A stretch of DNA of 64,000 bases from the human T2T-CHM13v2.0 reference genome, Homo sapiens: assembly GCF_009914755.1 (NCBI RefSeq), contig NC_060928.1; one strand, 5' to 3'. The position numbers and the translations under genes were made by a program. Shown here piece by piece: positions 42,471 to 59,935 of the stretch. Numbering within the stretch: position 1 is the stretch's first letter; every line of letters begins with the position of its first letter. The notes under the pieces are model-generated. The model was not told where the DNA came from, did no database searches, and was given only the letters and a program-made list of their open reading frames with translations.

Positions 42471-44271
42471 TTCTATAGGTTGATTCTACGTAGTTACATA
42501 GGATGTTGAATCCTCTGAAAATTTCCTGTTGGTGAAGACCTAGCCCATTCAGAGAGTACCAAGAGCAGGGTTGGCAAATGGCTTGAGCAAATCCATTCCT
42601 AGTATACTACTCCAAGGAATTCTGAATTGCACTTAAATTTTTTATGAGAAATTATTTCCTGTGAAAGAAGAGATCCAGTTCTGTCATGGCACTCCTTCAC
42701 TAGGGTGAACATCCCTTCAAATCAGCTGATGAGTTGACTAAGGAACATACTCATTGGAGTCCTATCCAGAATTTGCTTCATCCTTGTCATGCAGTGGAGG
42801 GTGGCCCTTGAAGCATAACCACCACCACCACCACCACCACTGCTGCCACCAAACACCACTGGTGGTTTTTTCCCCCTCCAGGGGATGCTTCTATTGGCAA
42901 TGCTGTGGAGTGAGTCCTGCTGGAGCTCCACTTTGCAGCTGAGAAAATTGGAGCTCATGGAGGTAACTAATGTGCACAAGGTCACACAGCCAGCGAACAC
43001 CTCTACCCAGAGCTATCTGACTCAGGGCCTTCTCGGGGACCCAAGAGCAATGAATTAGAGAAGCTGATAAGGGTTCCAGAGTGGCTAGTCGTTGGCTTGC
43101 CTCAAGAGGAGAGATGAGAAGATATGCCATCAGTACTCTTAGGGCAGAGCTTTCACAAGCTATCTTGGAGAAGAAACAGAAGAAAAACTTTCCCCTGATC
43201 TGAGGAATGAGCATTTCTAGTGAAAAAAGAAAAAGTGCACTACAGAAATGTTCTTTTAATTATTCCTGATTTAGATTAGTACTGAATTTTGGTTTGAGCA
43301 AAAAAATGATTTAATAACCTAAAATTGTATTTACCCTAAAGTCAGATTTGTTTTCTTTGAGAAAAGTTAGGGAGAGCTTCCAAATCACTTCATCTTCTAT
43401 TTAAAGGGGAAAAATATTTTTCTATAATAAATTTCACTTTAAAATTAAGCAATGGGACTACAATACTTTCCTGTTTCCCTAACTCACTATGTAATTTTTC
43501 CATTTGCAGGGAAGCCAAAAGATGAATTTCTTTGTAGGAAGTGGAACGTTGTATAAATATTTTCTAAGAACGGTCATGCACAGACAATATTAATTAAAAG
43601 TGATGAAATAGTATAACCTTATGACATCTAATTTTGGTTGTGTGTTAGTGTGTTGATTGATGGAATCCAATTTCCTTTTTACTTCATTTGAGCCCATCTT
43701 ATGGTTCCTCAGCAAAAAGCTTGGAACTGAGCAGGCATGATAAGTAAGACTAATGTGCACAGAGCACACATTCCTTCCAAGCTGGAAAGGACATGCACCC
43801 CTTCTTTCCCCCTACTTGGCCAGCTAAGCACACACTGTACTTGAGAATAAGTCAAGAATAAAATCACAAACTTTGAATATGCAATGTTGAAAAATAATTG
43901 GTATATTTGAATTTTCCCTTAGAAAAGATTGCATGAGGACTCGGTATTGATGCTCAGCACGGAAATGACTGTCTCTCTTCCCCAGTGAAGCTCTCCTTGC
44001 TGCCCTCCCTTTCCTATGGGCATTACTGTGCTGCTGGGTTCAGCTGGATGGAGACTCCTTCAGGGCCATGTAATTGGGAGATAGGAGGCAGGACATGCTC
44101 CAAGCTTTCTAATGTCATTGTTTTCACAAACTGTCTGGGTCTTTGTTCCATGGGCACTAATTCTCAATACAATAAGACTGACCTGTCCAATTTTCTGTTT
44201 CTGTGTCTGTTTCCTTCAATTTGCAGGTAGCCGGGACACAAGTGCTTCTGTTTGACTCCCGGTTATGCTGA

Positions 44272-44359
44272 TTGATATAGTTTGGATATTTGTACCTATA
44301 CAAATCTCATGTTGAAATGTAATCCCTATGTTGGAGGTGGGTCCTGGTGGGAGGTGTTT
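44272..44359 (+). mobile_element. MSTB-like LTR, 5' piece (split by L1)
   Basis: TGATATAGTTTGGATATTTGT..AAATCTCATGTTGAAATGTAATCCC; ends in the 16-bp TSD. Confidence 0.85.
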
Positions 44360-44393
44360 TTCCCCGCCAGGGGATCATTCGTTTCATACAGAC

Positions 44394-49155
<4,762 letters not shown>

Positions 49156-49509
49156 CTGGTGGGAGGTGTTTGGATCATGGGGGTGGGTACTCATGAATGG
49201 CTTGGGCTGTCCCCTTGGTGATGAGTGAGCTCACACTCTGAGTTTACATGAGATCTGGTCATTTAAAAGTGTGCAGCACTTCCTCCTGCCCAGCTCTCTC
49301 TCTCGCTTCTACTTGCACCGTGTGAAATGCCCGCTCCTGCTTTGCCTTCTGCCGTGAGTAAAAGCTTCCGGAGGCCTCCCCAGAAGCCAAGTGATGTCAG
49401 CACCATGCTTGTACAGCTTGCGGAACAATGAGCCAATTAAACCTCTTTTCTTTATAAATTACCCAGTGTCAGTTATTTCTTTATAGCAATGCAAGAACAG
49501 CCTAACACA
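49156..49509 (+). mobile_element. MSTB-like LTR, 3' piece
   Basis: Resumes at the TSD: GGATCATGGGGG..GAGATCTGGTCATTTAAAAGTGTG..AATTAAACCTCTTTTCTTTATAAATTACCCAG..CTAACACA. Confidence 0.88.
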
Positions 49510-49760
49510 CTGGTACTCAGGTGATGGCTTTTATGTCACAGTTAGGCCCTCAGAGTTCTCTCGGAAGATGGAGACTGTGAGCCCACGGCAGTACTTCTCG
49601 TCCTGAGGCTGGACCCTGCACCTTCAGGTCTCCCAGTGACCAGCCTCTCTGCCTCCCTGGGGTGGCCAAGGGGACTGAATGGACTCCGTACTCCTGATGC
49701 TCCCTCATGCTCATGTTCAGCCAAGAACATCCCATAATAAAACTCCCTGAGGCCAAAGCC

Positions 49761-50506
49761 TTGGTGATACAGCTCTAGGTGTCACAGCTCTAGGTGTCAC
49801 AGCTCTTGGTGACACAGCTCTAGGTATCACAGCTCTTGGTGTCACAGCTCTTGGTGACACAGCTCTAGGTATCACAGCTCTTGGTGTCACAGCTCTTGGT
49901 ATCACAGCTCTTGGTGTCACAGCTCTTGGTGACACAGCTCTTGGTGACACAGCTCTAGGTATCATAGCTCTAGGTATCACAGATTTTGGTGACACAGTTG
50001 TTGGTGTCACAGATCTTGGTGACACAGCTCTAGGTATCACAGCTCTTGGTGACACAGTTCTTGGTGTCACAGCTCTTGGTGACACAGCTCTTGGTGACAT
50101 AGCTCTAGGTATCACAGCTCTAGGTGTCACATCTCTTGGTGTCACAGCTCTTGGTGACACAGCTCTAGGTATCACAGCTCTTGGTGACACAGCTGTTGGT
50201 GTCACAGCTCTTGGTGTCACAGCTCTTGGTGACACAGCTCTAGGTATCACAGCTCTTGGTGACACAGCTCTAGGTATCACAGCTCTTGGTGACACAGCTG
50301 TTGGTGTCACAGCTCTTGGTGACACAGCTCTTGGTGTCACAGCTCTCGGTGACACTGCTCTAGGTGTCACAGCTCTTGGTGACACAGCTCTTGGTGACAC
50401 AGCTCTAGGTATCACAGCTCTAGGTGTCACAGCTCTTGGTGTCACAGCTCTTGGTGACACAGCTCTTGGTGTCACGGATCTAGGTATCACAGCTCTTGGT
50501 GACACA
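49761..50506. repeat. 15-bp minisatellite, ~50 units, consensus GGTGTCACAGCTCTT with GGTGACAC/GGTATCAC and CTA/CTT variants
   Basis: Uninterrupted 15-bp period with no indels across 746 bp. Confidence 0.98.
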
Positions 50507-51531
50507 TCCCGTCCACTCCTATGTGTAGTAGCCATTTTCCTTTTAGCACATACACTGTGACAGAGGTTGGGGCAATGAGGTGTCAGTGTCACCTGCACCC
50601 TGCCCCAGGACTGGCAATTCCTTCACTGCCAAGGCCCTGCTGCTGTGTCCAAATCCATCCTTCAGACCTCTCTGCCCCATCATTGTGATGAGTGTCCCTA
50701 TTGTCCTTTTCCATCCTTGGGTCTCACATAGGGTTATGCTAGTTCATGAGTCATATTTTGATATCTTCGGCCTTTCAACAGAAATGGTAAGGTGCTTAGT
50801 CTTTCTTCTAGGTCTTCTGCCTCTTTGTAAATTCATGGTTGCAAAATGATGCCTGGAGTCAGGGCAACACCCAGTAGCCTCCGTGGCTGGAAGGCAGACA
50901 GACAGGCTGATGGAAGGGAACATCTATCTCCTCCACCAGTGGTGTCCAGGGCTCAGACTCTTGCCTTACTCTCCATTATGAGAGGATAACAAAGGGAATG
51001 ACTGAATGCCATATATAGTACCCCTTACTTGAAGGTCTCTGTGTCTGCCCTCAAGAATCCTCTCTGACTAGATTCCATGTATTTCTCTTTATGCGTGGGA
51101 AACTTCTGCAATTGCCATGAGGATTTGTGTATCGATGACCGTGATTCTAGAGGGATTCGCTCCAAAAGCACCACCTCTAGAGTGGGTTCTGTCTCTCTCC
51201 TGACCCCAGGGTGATGCCTTCATGATGAAGTGACAATTCTTCCTGGAACATTCACTCATTGTCTCCTTACTCATGAACCTGCTGCTCTGAGGGTAAAATT
51301 TCGGTTCTCAGTTCTTAAAAGCATTTTCTTCAATGTTTCTGTCCTGTGCTTTTGAGCAGAACCACCTCTGGTTCTGAGCCTTCATAGGGAGTGCCCCCTG
51401 CATATGGAGGGAGTGTTTGTCAGTGCCTGCTCCTCAGGATCGGAGGTGAGCTGCTGGAAAAATGACATCATTCCAGAGCCAGAGAGAAGTTTACTCAGAA
51501 CGTTGCCAAACAGCTTTGGAAAAAAAAAATA

Positions 51532-51816
51532 GGCCAGGTATGGTGGCTCACACCTGTAATTCCAACACTCTGGGAGGCCAAGGTGGGAGGATCACTTAAG
51601 TCCAGGAGTTTGAGACCAGCCTAGGCAACGTAGTGAAATCTTGTCTCTACAAGAAATAGAAAAAAATTAGCTGGGTGTGGTGGTGCATGCTTTTAGTCTT
51701 AGCTACTCTGGAGGCTGAGGTGGGAGGATTGCCTGGGCTCAGGAGGTCAAGGATGCAGTGAGCTGAATTGCACTCTAGCCTGGGCAACAGAGTGAGACCC
51801 CGTATCAAAAAAAAAA
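51532..51816 (+). mobile_element. Alu (J-type)
   Basis: Diverged dimer with J-like right arm. Confidence 0.9.
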
Positions 51817-51879
51817 TGAAGAAAAATATTTAGCAAGGATAAAATATTATTAGCTCATTGGCACCAGTGATAGTGAAAC

Positions 51880-52729
51880 ATGTTTATGAAAAAAACAAAC
51901 TCTGTACAACATGTGAAGAGGTTTATTCTGAGCCAGTATGAGTGACCAGAAATTACGGGCAAAGACATAAATTCATATATGGAAGGTGCACATTTGTTCA
52001 GCCTAAAGAGGCAGGATATCTTGAAGAGGCGGAGACTTACAGGTCATAGGTGGATTCAATGATTTGGCAATTGGCAATTGATTGAGTTGGCAATTGGTTG
52101 AATTAAACTTTGTCTAAAGGTTCGAAGACAGCAGAAAGAAATGCTTAGTTATGATGAGGAGGTTGTGGAAGCCAAGGTTCTTGTCAGTTAGATGAAGCCT
52201 CCAAGTAGCAGCCTTCAGAGAGAATAGATGGCAAATGTCCCTTTTAGGGCCTTAACGTTTCAGACTCTTAGTTAATCTCTTCTAGATCTGGGAACGGCCT
52301 GGCTGCATAAATGGAGATTCTTTCCAGATGCAAATTTCCCCCATGAAAGATGGCTTTGCAGGACCATTTCAAAATGTGTCAAGTAAATACATGTTGGGAG
52401 AAAATATTTTTATTTTCTTCAGAGCCTCTCTGCTATGTGGTGCTATACCAGAGTCAGGTTGGAATTTGGCATCTTAATGCCACAAAGAGTCTTCTTTCAG
52501 TCTTCTTTAAGTCTTATGATCTGTATTTTAATGTTAATGCTGGTCAGTTTTCCCTAAACTCCAAAAGGCCGGGGAGCGGGTGAGACGGAGTATGCTGGAT
52601 GAAGTATGCCTAGCCTTCTTTCCTTTCGTGGCCAGGAAATCAGTTTTTCAGGTTCCTCCAGAGTTCTCTTGGCCCTGGAAGAGGTCTGTTCAGTCTGTTG
52701 AGGAGTTAGGATTTTATTTTTGGTTTATA
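51880..52729 (-). mobile_element. MER4-group ERV1 solo LTR
   Basis: Minus strand starts TATAAACCAAAAATAAAATCCTAA..GACTGAACAGACC..GGCCAAG..AACCTGAAAAACT; polyA signal CAGAATAAACCTCTT near the end. Confidence 0.75.
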
Positions 52730-53079
52730 AACATAAGCTTTCTAAAGATTCAGGTGCTCCTTGGTGTGTTTTGTGTTAGCTGCTTAAAGAAGAGCATGTG
52801 AGTCCAGAATGGAGCCTAGTTAGTGATGGATACAGAAACCAGGGGCATTGGTGATAGAAATATGTCACCCAGTGCTGTGCGGCATTACTGAACACTGACC
52901 TCGGCCTCCTGTGATGAGCAAGGAATGGCTGCATGGAAGGCTGCTGAAATCCTTTCCTTTGCTTTTGCTAATAAAAATCATATTTAAAGTGTCCTAGATA
53001 TGTAAAAAGATTCTATGGGGAATTGTTTCATAATAAAAAGAATGGTGATCACGTGTAAACATTCCTAATTTATTAACTA

Positions 53080-54120
53080 CAATTTTATAATCAACATTAT
53101 TGAGGTATAATTTACATACAGTAAAAGGCATCCATTTACATTGCACCATTCGATTTATTTAAAGTGTTCAATTAGCTGAGTTTTGTACACACCCATGAAG
53201 TCACTGCCAAAATTTAAGAAACACAATATTTCCATTTACCCTTGAAAGTTTCCTTCTGAAGTTTTTCTCTTTCTGTCCCTGGCCTCATGCAACCACTGAT
53301 CTGACTGATCTGCTTTTTGTCACTGTGGACTTAGTTGCATTTTCTAGACTTTTACAAGTAGTATCATGCAGTATAGACTCTTTGAGTCTGGCTTTTAAAA
53401 TCTATCATAATGACTTTAAGAGTCACCCGTGAGGTTGCATGTATCAGCTGTCCACACCCCCGACTCTTTCACCATGCTTTTTTCTTTGGTTGAGTACTAT
53501 TCTTTCATATGACTATATCACAGTTTGTTTATCCATACCTATTGATGAGCATCTGGATTGTTTTAGTTTTTAGTTATTTTGAGTAATGCTGCTGTGAACA
53601 TTCATGTACAAGTCTCTGTGTAGGCTTACATTTTCATTTATTTGGGGTAAATACCTAGGAGTAGACTGACTGGATCCTATGGAAGGTATTTGCTTACCTT
53701 TTTTTCTTTTTGAGACAGTCTTACTGTTGTCCAGGCTGGAGTGCAATGATGTGATTTCTGCTCACTGCAACCTCCCCCTCCTGGTTCAAGCGATTCTCCT
53801 GCATCAGCCTCCCAAGTAGTTGGGACTACAGGCACACACCACCATGCCCAGCTAATTTTTGTATCTTTAGTAGAGATGGGGTTTCACCATGTTGGCCAGG
53901 CTGGTCTTGAACTCCTGACCTCAAGTGATCCACCCTCCTCAGCCTCACAAAGTGTTGAAATTACAGGTGTGAGCCACTGCACCCAGCCATGTGGTTTCCT
54001 TTTTAAGAGACTGCCGTAGAGTTTTTCTAAATGGTTGTACCATTTTGCATCCTCACTGGCAGTGTATGAGAGTTCTAGTTGCTCCACATCCTTGCCAACA
54101 TTTTGCATTGTCGATTTTAA
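53080..54120 (-). mobile_element. Old L1M 3' fragment interrupted by an Alu (53700-53988, minus)
   Basis: TTATTGAGGTATAATTTACATACAGTAAA..GCTGCTGTGAACATTCATGTACAAGT..GGTTGTACCATTTTGCAT. Confidence 0.85.
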
Positions 54121-55040
54121 GAAAAGTGTAAATTCATGCAAATTGATGGTTCAAATGTATATAATTATGTATATTACAAATAATACTGGAGAATTTTTGT
54201 TTTTTAGTGACAAGTTTTTGAATTTCCCCTTCCTTTTCTTTTCTTGTGTTATGTTAAATTGAACACTTAGGAAAGTAAATTTGAATTCTTAAAGTCATAA
54301 GGACCTTTTAACCTATTATAGCTGTGGTTAACTTTTAGTATCCTGGCAGGGAAAACTTTATTTCTTAAATATCTAAATTACAACTAGAGAGAAAAAAGAA
54401 AAGGAAAAAAAATGATTAAAAGTTGTATAGAGGAGGCGGCTTAGGTTGGAATGTGGTAATTTCCACCATAGTCCTAATTATGTATGGTTGTGTTGCTGCT
54501 CTCAAACCATAGCACTGCTTATAGGTTTCACAGGCTGGCACCAAGTTGAGCCACACCACTCTTGCTAACCTCTATGATGCTTTCTCCAATTTTTCATTCT
54601 CCACTGTTACTTACTCTGGGCATTTTAAGAGAGGCTTCTAGAAGACTGAGGGTCCTGAGAAGTTGGCAGTGGCTGTGACCAATTCTCCAGCTTGCCTGGA
54701 GGCCTCGTTGTTGCCTATGACTGCCTGTCCTGTGACGTTATCAGCAAACAAAGCAGCTGGCATGGGGTGCAGGGGGAAGGCCTGGGGGAGAAGGAAGGCA
54801 AGGTTGGGGTGGTCACTGAAGCACCATCTGGCTCTAGCAAGGACACGGGGAAGTTTGGAGTTCAGCTCCAGCTGGACTTTAAGAATGTATGGGGCTCCAT
54901 TGTAAGGTGAATGAATGTGAAGAGTGCAGAGAGAAGGAGACACAAGGAAGAGAGTGAGAAAAAAAAAGAAGGAAAAACTTTATGATCAAAGAAAAGAGTT
55001 TTTTTCTAATACGAAAATGATATACAGCAGTTTCCTTTTC

Positions 55041-55167
55041 TTTTTTTTTTTTTTTTGGTTTTAAGGAGAGAAAATTTATTAGGCAAGAAAGAAGGAAGAA
55101 AGGAAGAAGAAAACGGCTCCTTCATACAGAGACAGAGGGAGGGGGGGATTTGAACAGAGAAAACCCC
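55041..55167 (-). mobile_element. Short polyadenylated retrocopy of an LTR-like transcript 3' end
   Basis: A-tail, AATAAA about 18 nt upstream of it, flanking CAGTTTCC(CC)TTTT repeats. Confidence 0.6.
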
Positions 55168-56306
55168 CAGTTTCCCCTTTTTATAGTAAGAATAAAACAC
55201 ATTCACTGATAACCTCTGCATACTACTGCAATAGCATTTTTGGAGGTGGAGTCCCAGCACCGTCGGAATGATCCCTGGCATCTGGATGTGTCAGCCCATC
55301 AGTGCGTCCTCACCTAAAGCACAGCATGTGTGGGGTGACAACTGGGTGAAGGGGAGAATGAGCCCCGGGGTTAGACCGGGAGCCTGCCTCTGAGGCTTCC
55401 TGACCTCGACTTCCCTGGGCCTGTTTCCTTATCTGTCATGCTGCGGTGATAACGCCCTCATCACAGGGCTTCTGTGAAGATCAGAATGAGACAATGTGAG
55501 AGTCTTTTTGTTCATAACACATATTTTCACATTTGTCAGTTTGTTCATGAGAGTTCAGTTCTGAACAATGTCTCTTTATCATCTATCTTCAAGAGCGTAG
55601 TGGGAATATAGGATTAGAAAAAAATTTTTGGTTTGGGTATCTTTTCCTTCTGTTGTTTTGACTATCAGCAGCCCTGATACTTGTAGACAGGCAGTGCTTG
55701 AAGGAGAAAGATCTTGGCTCACAGAAGTTTAATCCTTTCCATTTAATGACTGTAGCTTAGCATATTTTAGTTATCGTCATTTTGGATTTCATACTATCTG
55801 GCCTCACAGAATTGCACCAAACCTGTCCTGACCCCTGATACTCTCCACAATTTTTTTGCCAGTAAACCCTGTAATGAGTTTTGTTACCAGGATGCATGAT
55901 GTTTCCATGCCTACAAGTCCTGTTTTCCAAACTGGCTGTTCTCAGGCTGGCAAGAGTGAGCTGATTTCACTCCAGAAACATTTTAAACTTCCTGAAAGAT
56001 TAAGTGGCTATGAGCACTCCCACAGGGCCTCTGCAGTGTTCTTTGTTAGGGTCAAGGTTCATGCTTTCTTTACCAGTTTGATGATTTTTCTGTAATTCTC
56101 TATCTGAGAGGTGATGTCTATGTGAAGGTATTCTGTAGCTGCCAATCTAAAGGCCCATTTTCCTACTGTCTCTCCTTCCTTCTAACGCTTCGATCTCCAG
56201 ACACTTTGTCAGTGATTCTGGCTTCCAGAACGCCTACCTGTTCTAGGGGAACATGTAATCTGTGAACAGCCTTGGACGAGCTTCCCATGGCGTTTGACAC
56301 TCAAGG

Positions 56307-56316
56307 CTAAAAATAG
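56307..56316. promoter_or_regulatory. Consensus MEF2 site CTAAAAATAG
   Basis: Exact match in GGCTAAAAATAGC context, in non-repeat-looking DNA; function unproven. Confidence 0.45.
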
Positions 56317-57682
56317 CAAGATGAGGCCTGAAGCATTCTCCAAGGAAATGAAATCGAATCACGTAACTGGATTATTCTTGGTTATCTTGCAGATATCCGC
56401 GTGACCAGACGTCTACAAATGGTGGTGAGATCATTTCTCGTCGCCTCTTAATCTGTTGGCAGCTGACTTCTGAAAACGTCTTCAGAGTTTTTTCTTTTTT
56501 CCCCAAACCAAGGGCAGCCAGCAATTTTGAAACTTTGCATATTGGATTGTCATTGTGACTTCCACAAGTAATTTTGCAAAGTTCATTTTTCTTTCTTTCC
56601 TCATTTCAGACTTTTTTTTTTTTGGAGGGGGTGGGGGTGGTTTTACTTTTTCACAGTGGTTGCTAAGAAAGAATCTTCTGTTTATAGGCTCCTAACAAAT
56701 AGTGACAGCTGAAAGACAAATATGGTGCTGTGTTTGCAGGACGATGGAAGGGGGCCAGCAACCCGCAGCCTCCAGGCACACACACTCACAAGGAGGCCTT
56801 TGAGAGTGCTGCCTGGCATTGTGGGTCCACAGATTGCTTGAAATCATTAAAAAAGGCGTTTGCCTCATACTTTCAATGACAACTTATTTCCAGGGGTCCA
56901 CCAGCATTGTACAAATCGATAGGATTGTCAAGTTTTTTGTTTTTTGTTTTTGGATCTCAAAGCTTTTGCTTAACAGGGGCCGAAACACAGAAAGATTTGA
57001 ATCTACTTTCACAACAGCGTTCTTTGACCTTTGGGTCAGACGCTGGAGTGTCATAAACCAAGAAGCCAGGGGTAGGTTCATTCATGTTCACCTTTCTTTG
57101 TTTGGGAGAATTTCCTCCATTCTAGTGTGGTCCTAGAGCAGGATGGTGGCGAATGGGCTGCAGTTTAGAAAAACATTATGCAAAGAAAAGAGAAAGTGAT
57201 TGTGTCTTTCTATCTAAGGCCAGCATATAAATGGGTATTTGGGTTCTTCGTTTCATAGTTTCGGTCTGAAGGAAATGGTTACCTGGGGTAACATAGAAGA
57301 CCCTGAAATTATAACTACTGAAAAGGAGGCCTAGTGGAGGTGGGCTGAGCATGTCACCCTTGGCCAAGGATCACAACACAAGGTCAGAATAGCAGTGGGT
57401 GATGCCGTGCTGATGACTAGGATGACACACAGACAGCCCAGTGGGCTCCAGGCACTCTTATAAGCACCCTTTATGCACATATCAGTACTCAACACAGCAC
57501 TGGCGGGTAGGCATTGCTACGAATCCGATTTACAAGGAAACGGATGGCAGAAATACCTTGTCCAAAATACACAGTACATGGCAAAGCTGTGGTTTGAATC
57601 CAGGCGGTTTGGGTCAGACCTGGTGCTTAAAGCTCAGCACTACGCTTCCTGTCTTGGGATCCCAGTGCTTCTCAAAGCCTGA

Positions 57683-58018
<336 letters not shown>

Positions 58019-59674
58019 TTGTTCTCTGTTTATCAACAGCACCTCTACTTCTGGGGAGACTGCCTGAAGAGGGTTTTTCACTAACTTAGTAGGAGAGAAT
58101 GCCTTTCCTGCCTCTTCTTTTCTCCTAACCCTTCTCTGAAAAATGTCTTTGTGTGTAGAATCCCGGAATGACTGGAGGAAACACATGGAACTTTGATGTG
58201 AAAAGGACATTAAAAGATTTAGTGTCAATTTTTTCAACACAACACACAGCACAGAATCTGAACTTCCCAATTCATTGTCACCATTCTGAATTTTCTTTTT
58301 CATCCCAGAAGTGTTGGATTGGTCATTTGGTTTGGGTTCTATGTCAGAAACCATTTGCAGACAAATGGCAAGGCAGGGCTCAGACAGTCCTCAGAGGGGA
58401 CATTTGTGAGATTTTGATTCTGCTGGAAAGCTGAGATATGCATTTGTCTGTAGGAAACTGATGAAGCAGGGTTGTCATTGCCTTCAAAATGAAATTTATA
58501 CATGGGGTTGGCCGGGCTCCTCTTTCCTTCTTATACTCCAACAGGTGATTTTGCAAATGTGACTCTGTCTGTAATTCCTTCCTGCTCTTCTTCCCCTAGA
58601 AAATTCTCGTATAAATTTTCTCTTTTCCCAACTCAGAGATACTTTATATTCTCATTCAAAAACGAACTGGAAGAGTAAAATACTAGGAAAAACATAAAAG
58701 TTCCTACAAACAAGAGACTACCCTGCACTGTTTGAGGCTGAGTGGAGATGTACTGTTCATCTTATACTCATCTCTGTCATATGATTATTTTATGAAATGC
58801 CCATGGTGTTACTTTAAAATAGAAATCTAGTTAATTAGACAGAACACAACTTCAACTAATTTTAATATTTATTGAGCGTAACATGTACATGGCAAGGATC
58901 TGAGGGTGGCCTTGGGAAGCCCCCACCTGGGCAGTGGGGGAGAGGTGGGATTGATAACGTAGGAGAGATGAGATGCATGCAGGGGCTGGAATAGAAGCCA
59001 AAAAATGCTCCGTGTAGCAGCAAGATGATCTTCTTACCAGAGCACAGAGGAAGCAGTAGGAGGAAACGGTGGACACATTGGCGAAGAGTTCAATATTTCA
59101 GCTGAATTTTGAAGGATTCATTCACTTCTATGCTGGTGGCCATGACAGGTGCAGAGCATACGGTGGGGGAAAAAAGCCCAGGCCCACCCCCAGAGCAGAC
59201 ACAGAGCTGCTGAGAGGACCATGAGCTGGCTGAGGACTGAGCTGGCAAGAGGAGACTGCCATGGGCAGTGATCTTCATGGCTGGAGGCACAGATGAGCTT
59301 GGATGTTGGCAGCAGGAGGAGCTGTCATTCGCCAAGAGTCCAGTCGAGACCAGTCGTCCTTGAGGGGCACTGACCCAGAGACCGGGGTCGTCAGGCCACA
59401 CCCTGCAGGGGCCAGCATAGAAGGCAGCCCACACTCCCACCACTGCCAGGAGGACTCCACGGGTTTTCTCTATCCCCAGACCATCTTGGGAAGGAAGAAG
59501 GGAGGGGAGAAATCGCCTGCTAGCGAGTGTACTTGGAGCTTGATGAGTGTTTACCAAAATTAAATTGTCTTAAACTGGAAAAATCTGAGATAATATTGAT
59601 CACTGAATTTGAGGGAAAGTAAAATTTTACTGCCACCATGCAGCGGGGAGTTCACAGGGACAATTGAGTGGGTT

Positions 59675-59935
59675 ACATAGTGTATGATTCTATCTGTATG
59701 AAATATCTAAAGCAGGCAAATCTGCAGAGACAGAAAGTTGATTAGTGGTTGCCAGGGGATGGGTGAAGGAGGAGGGGAGTAACTGCTAATGGGTACAGGG
59801 CTTTTTTTTTTTTGTGATAAAAATGTTTTAGAATTAGATAATGGTGATGGCTGCACAACTTTGCAAATATACTAAAAACCACTCAGTTGTACACGTCATA
59901 GGGCTGTGGCCTGTGAATTATATCTCAGTTAAAAA
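59675..59935 (+). mobile_element. L1MB-type 3' end fragment
   Basis: GAGACAGAAAGTTGATTAGTGGTTGCCAGGGG..CTGCTAATGGGTACAGGG..TGAATTATATCTCA. Confidence 0.8.

Noticed and set aside
42754-42942. Poly-His ORF (and poly-Gly ORF on the other strand)
   Set aside because: Produced by a short (CCA)n microsatellite at ~42819-42840; no exon support.
49761-50506. CRISPR-like or prokaryotic repeat array
   Set aside because: Units are contiguous with no unique spacers, there are no cas genes, and the context is primate DNA; it is a minisatellite.
59090-59563. GC-richer block with 155-aa and 86-aa ORFs
   Set aside because: No recognisable protein similarity or convincing exon structure; possibly an ancient LTR relic I cannot name.
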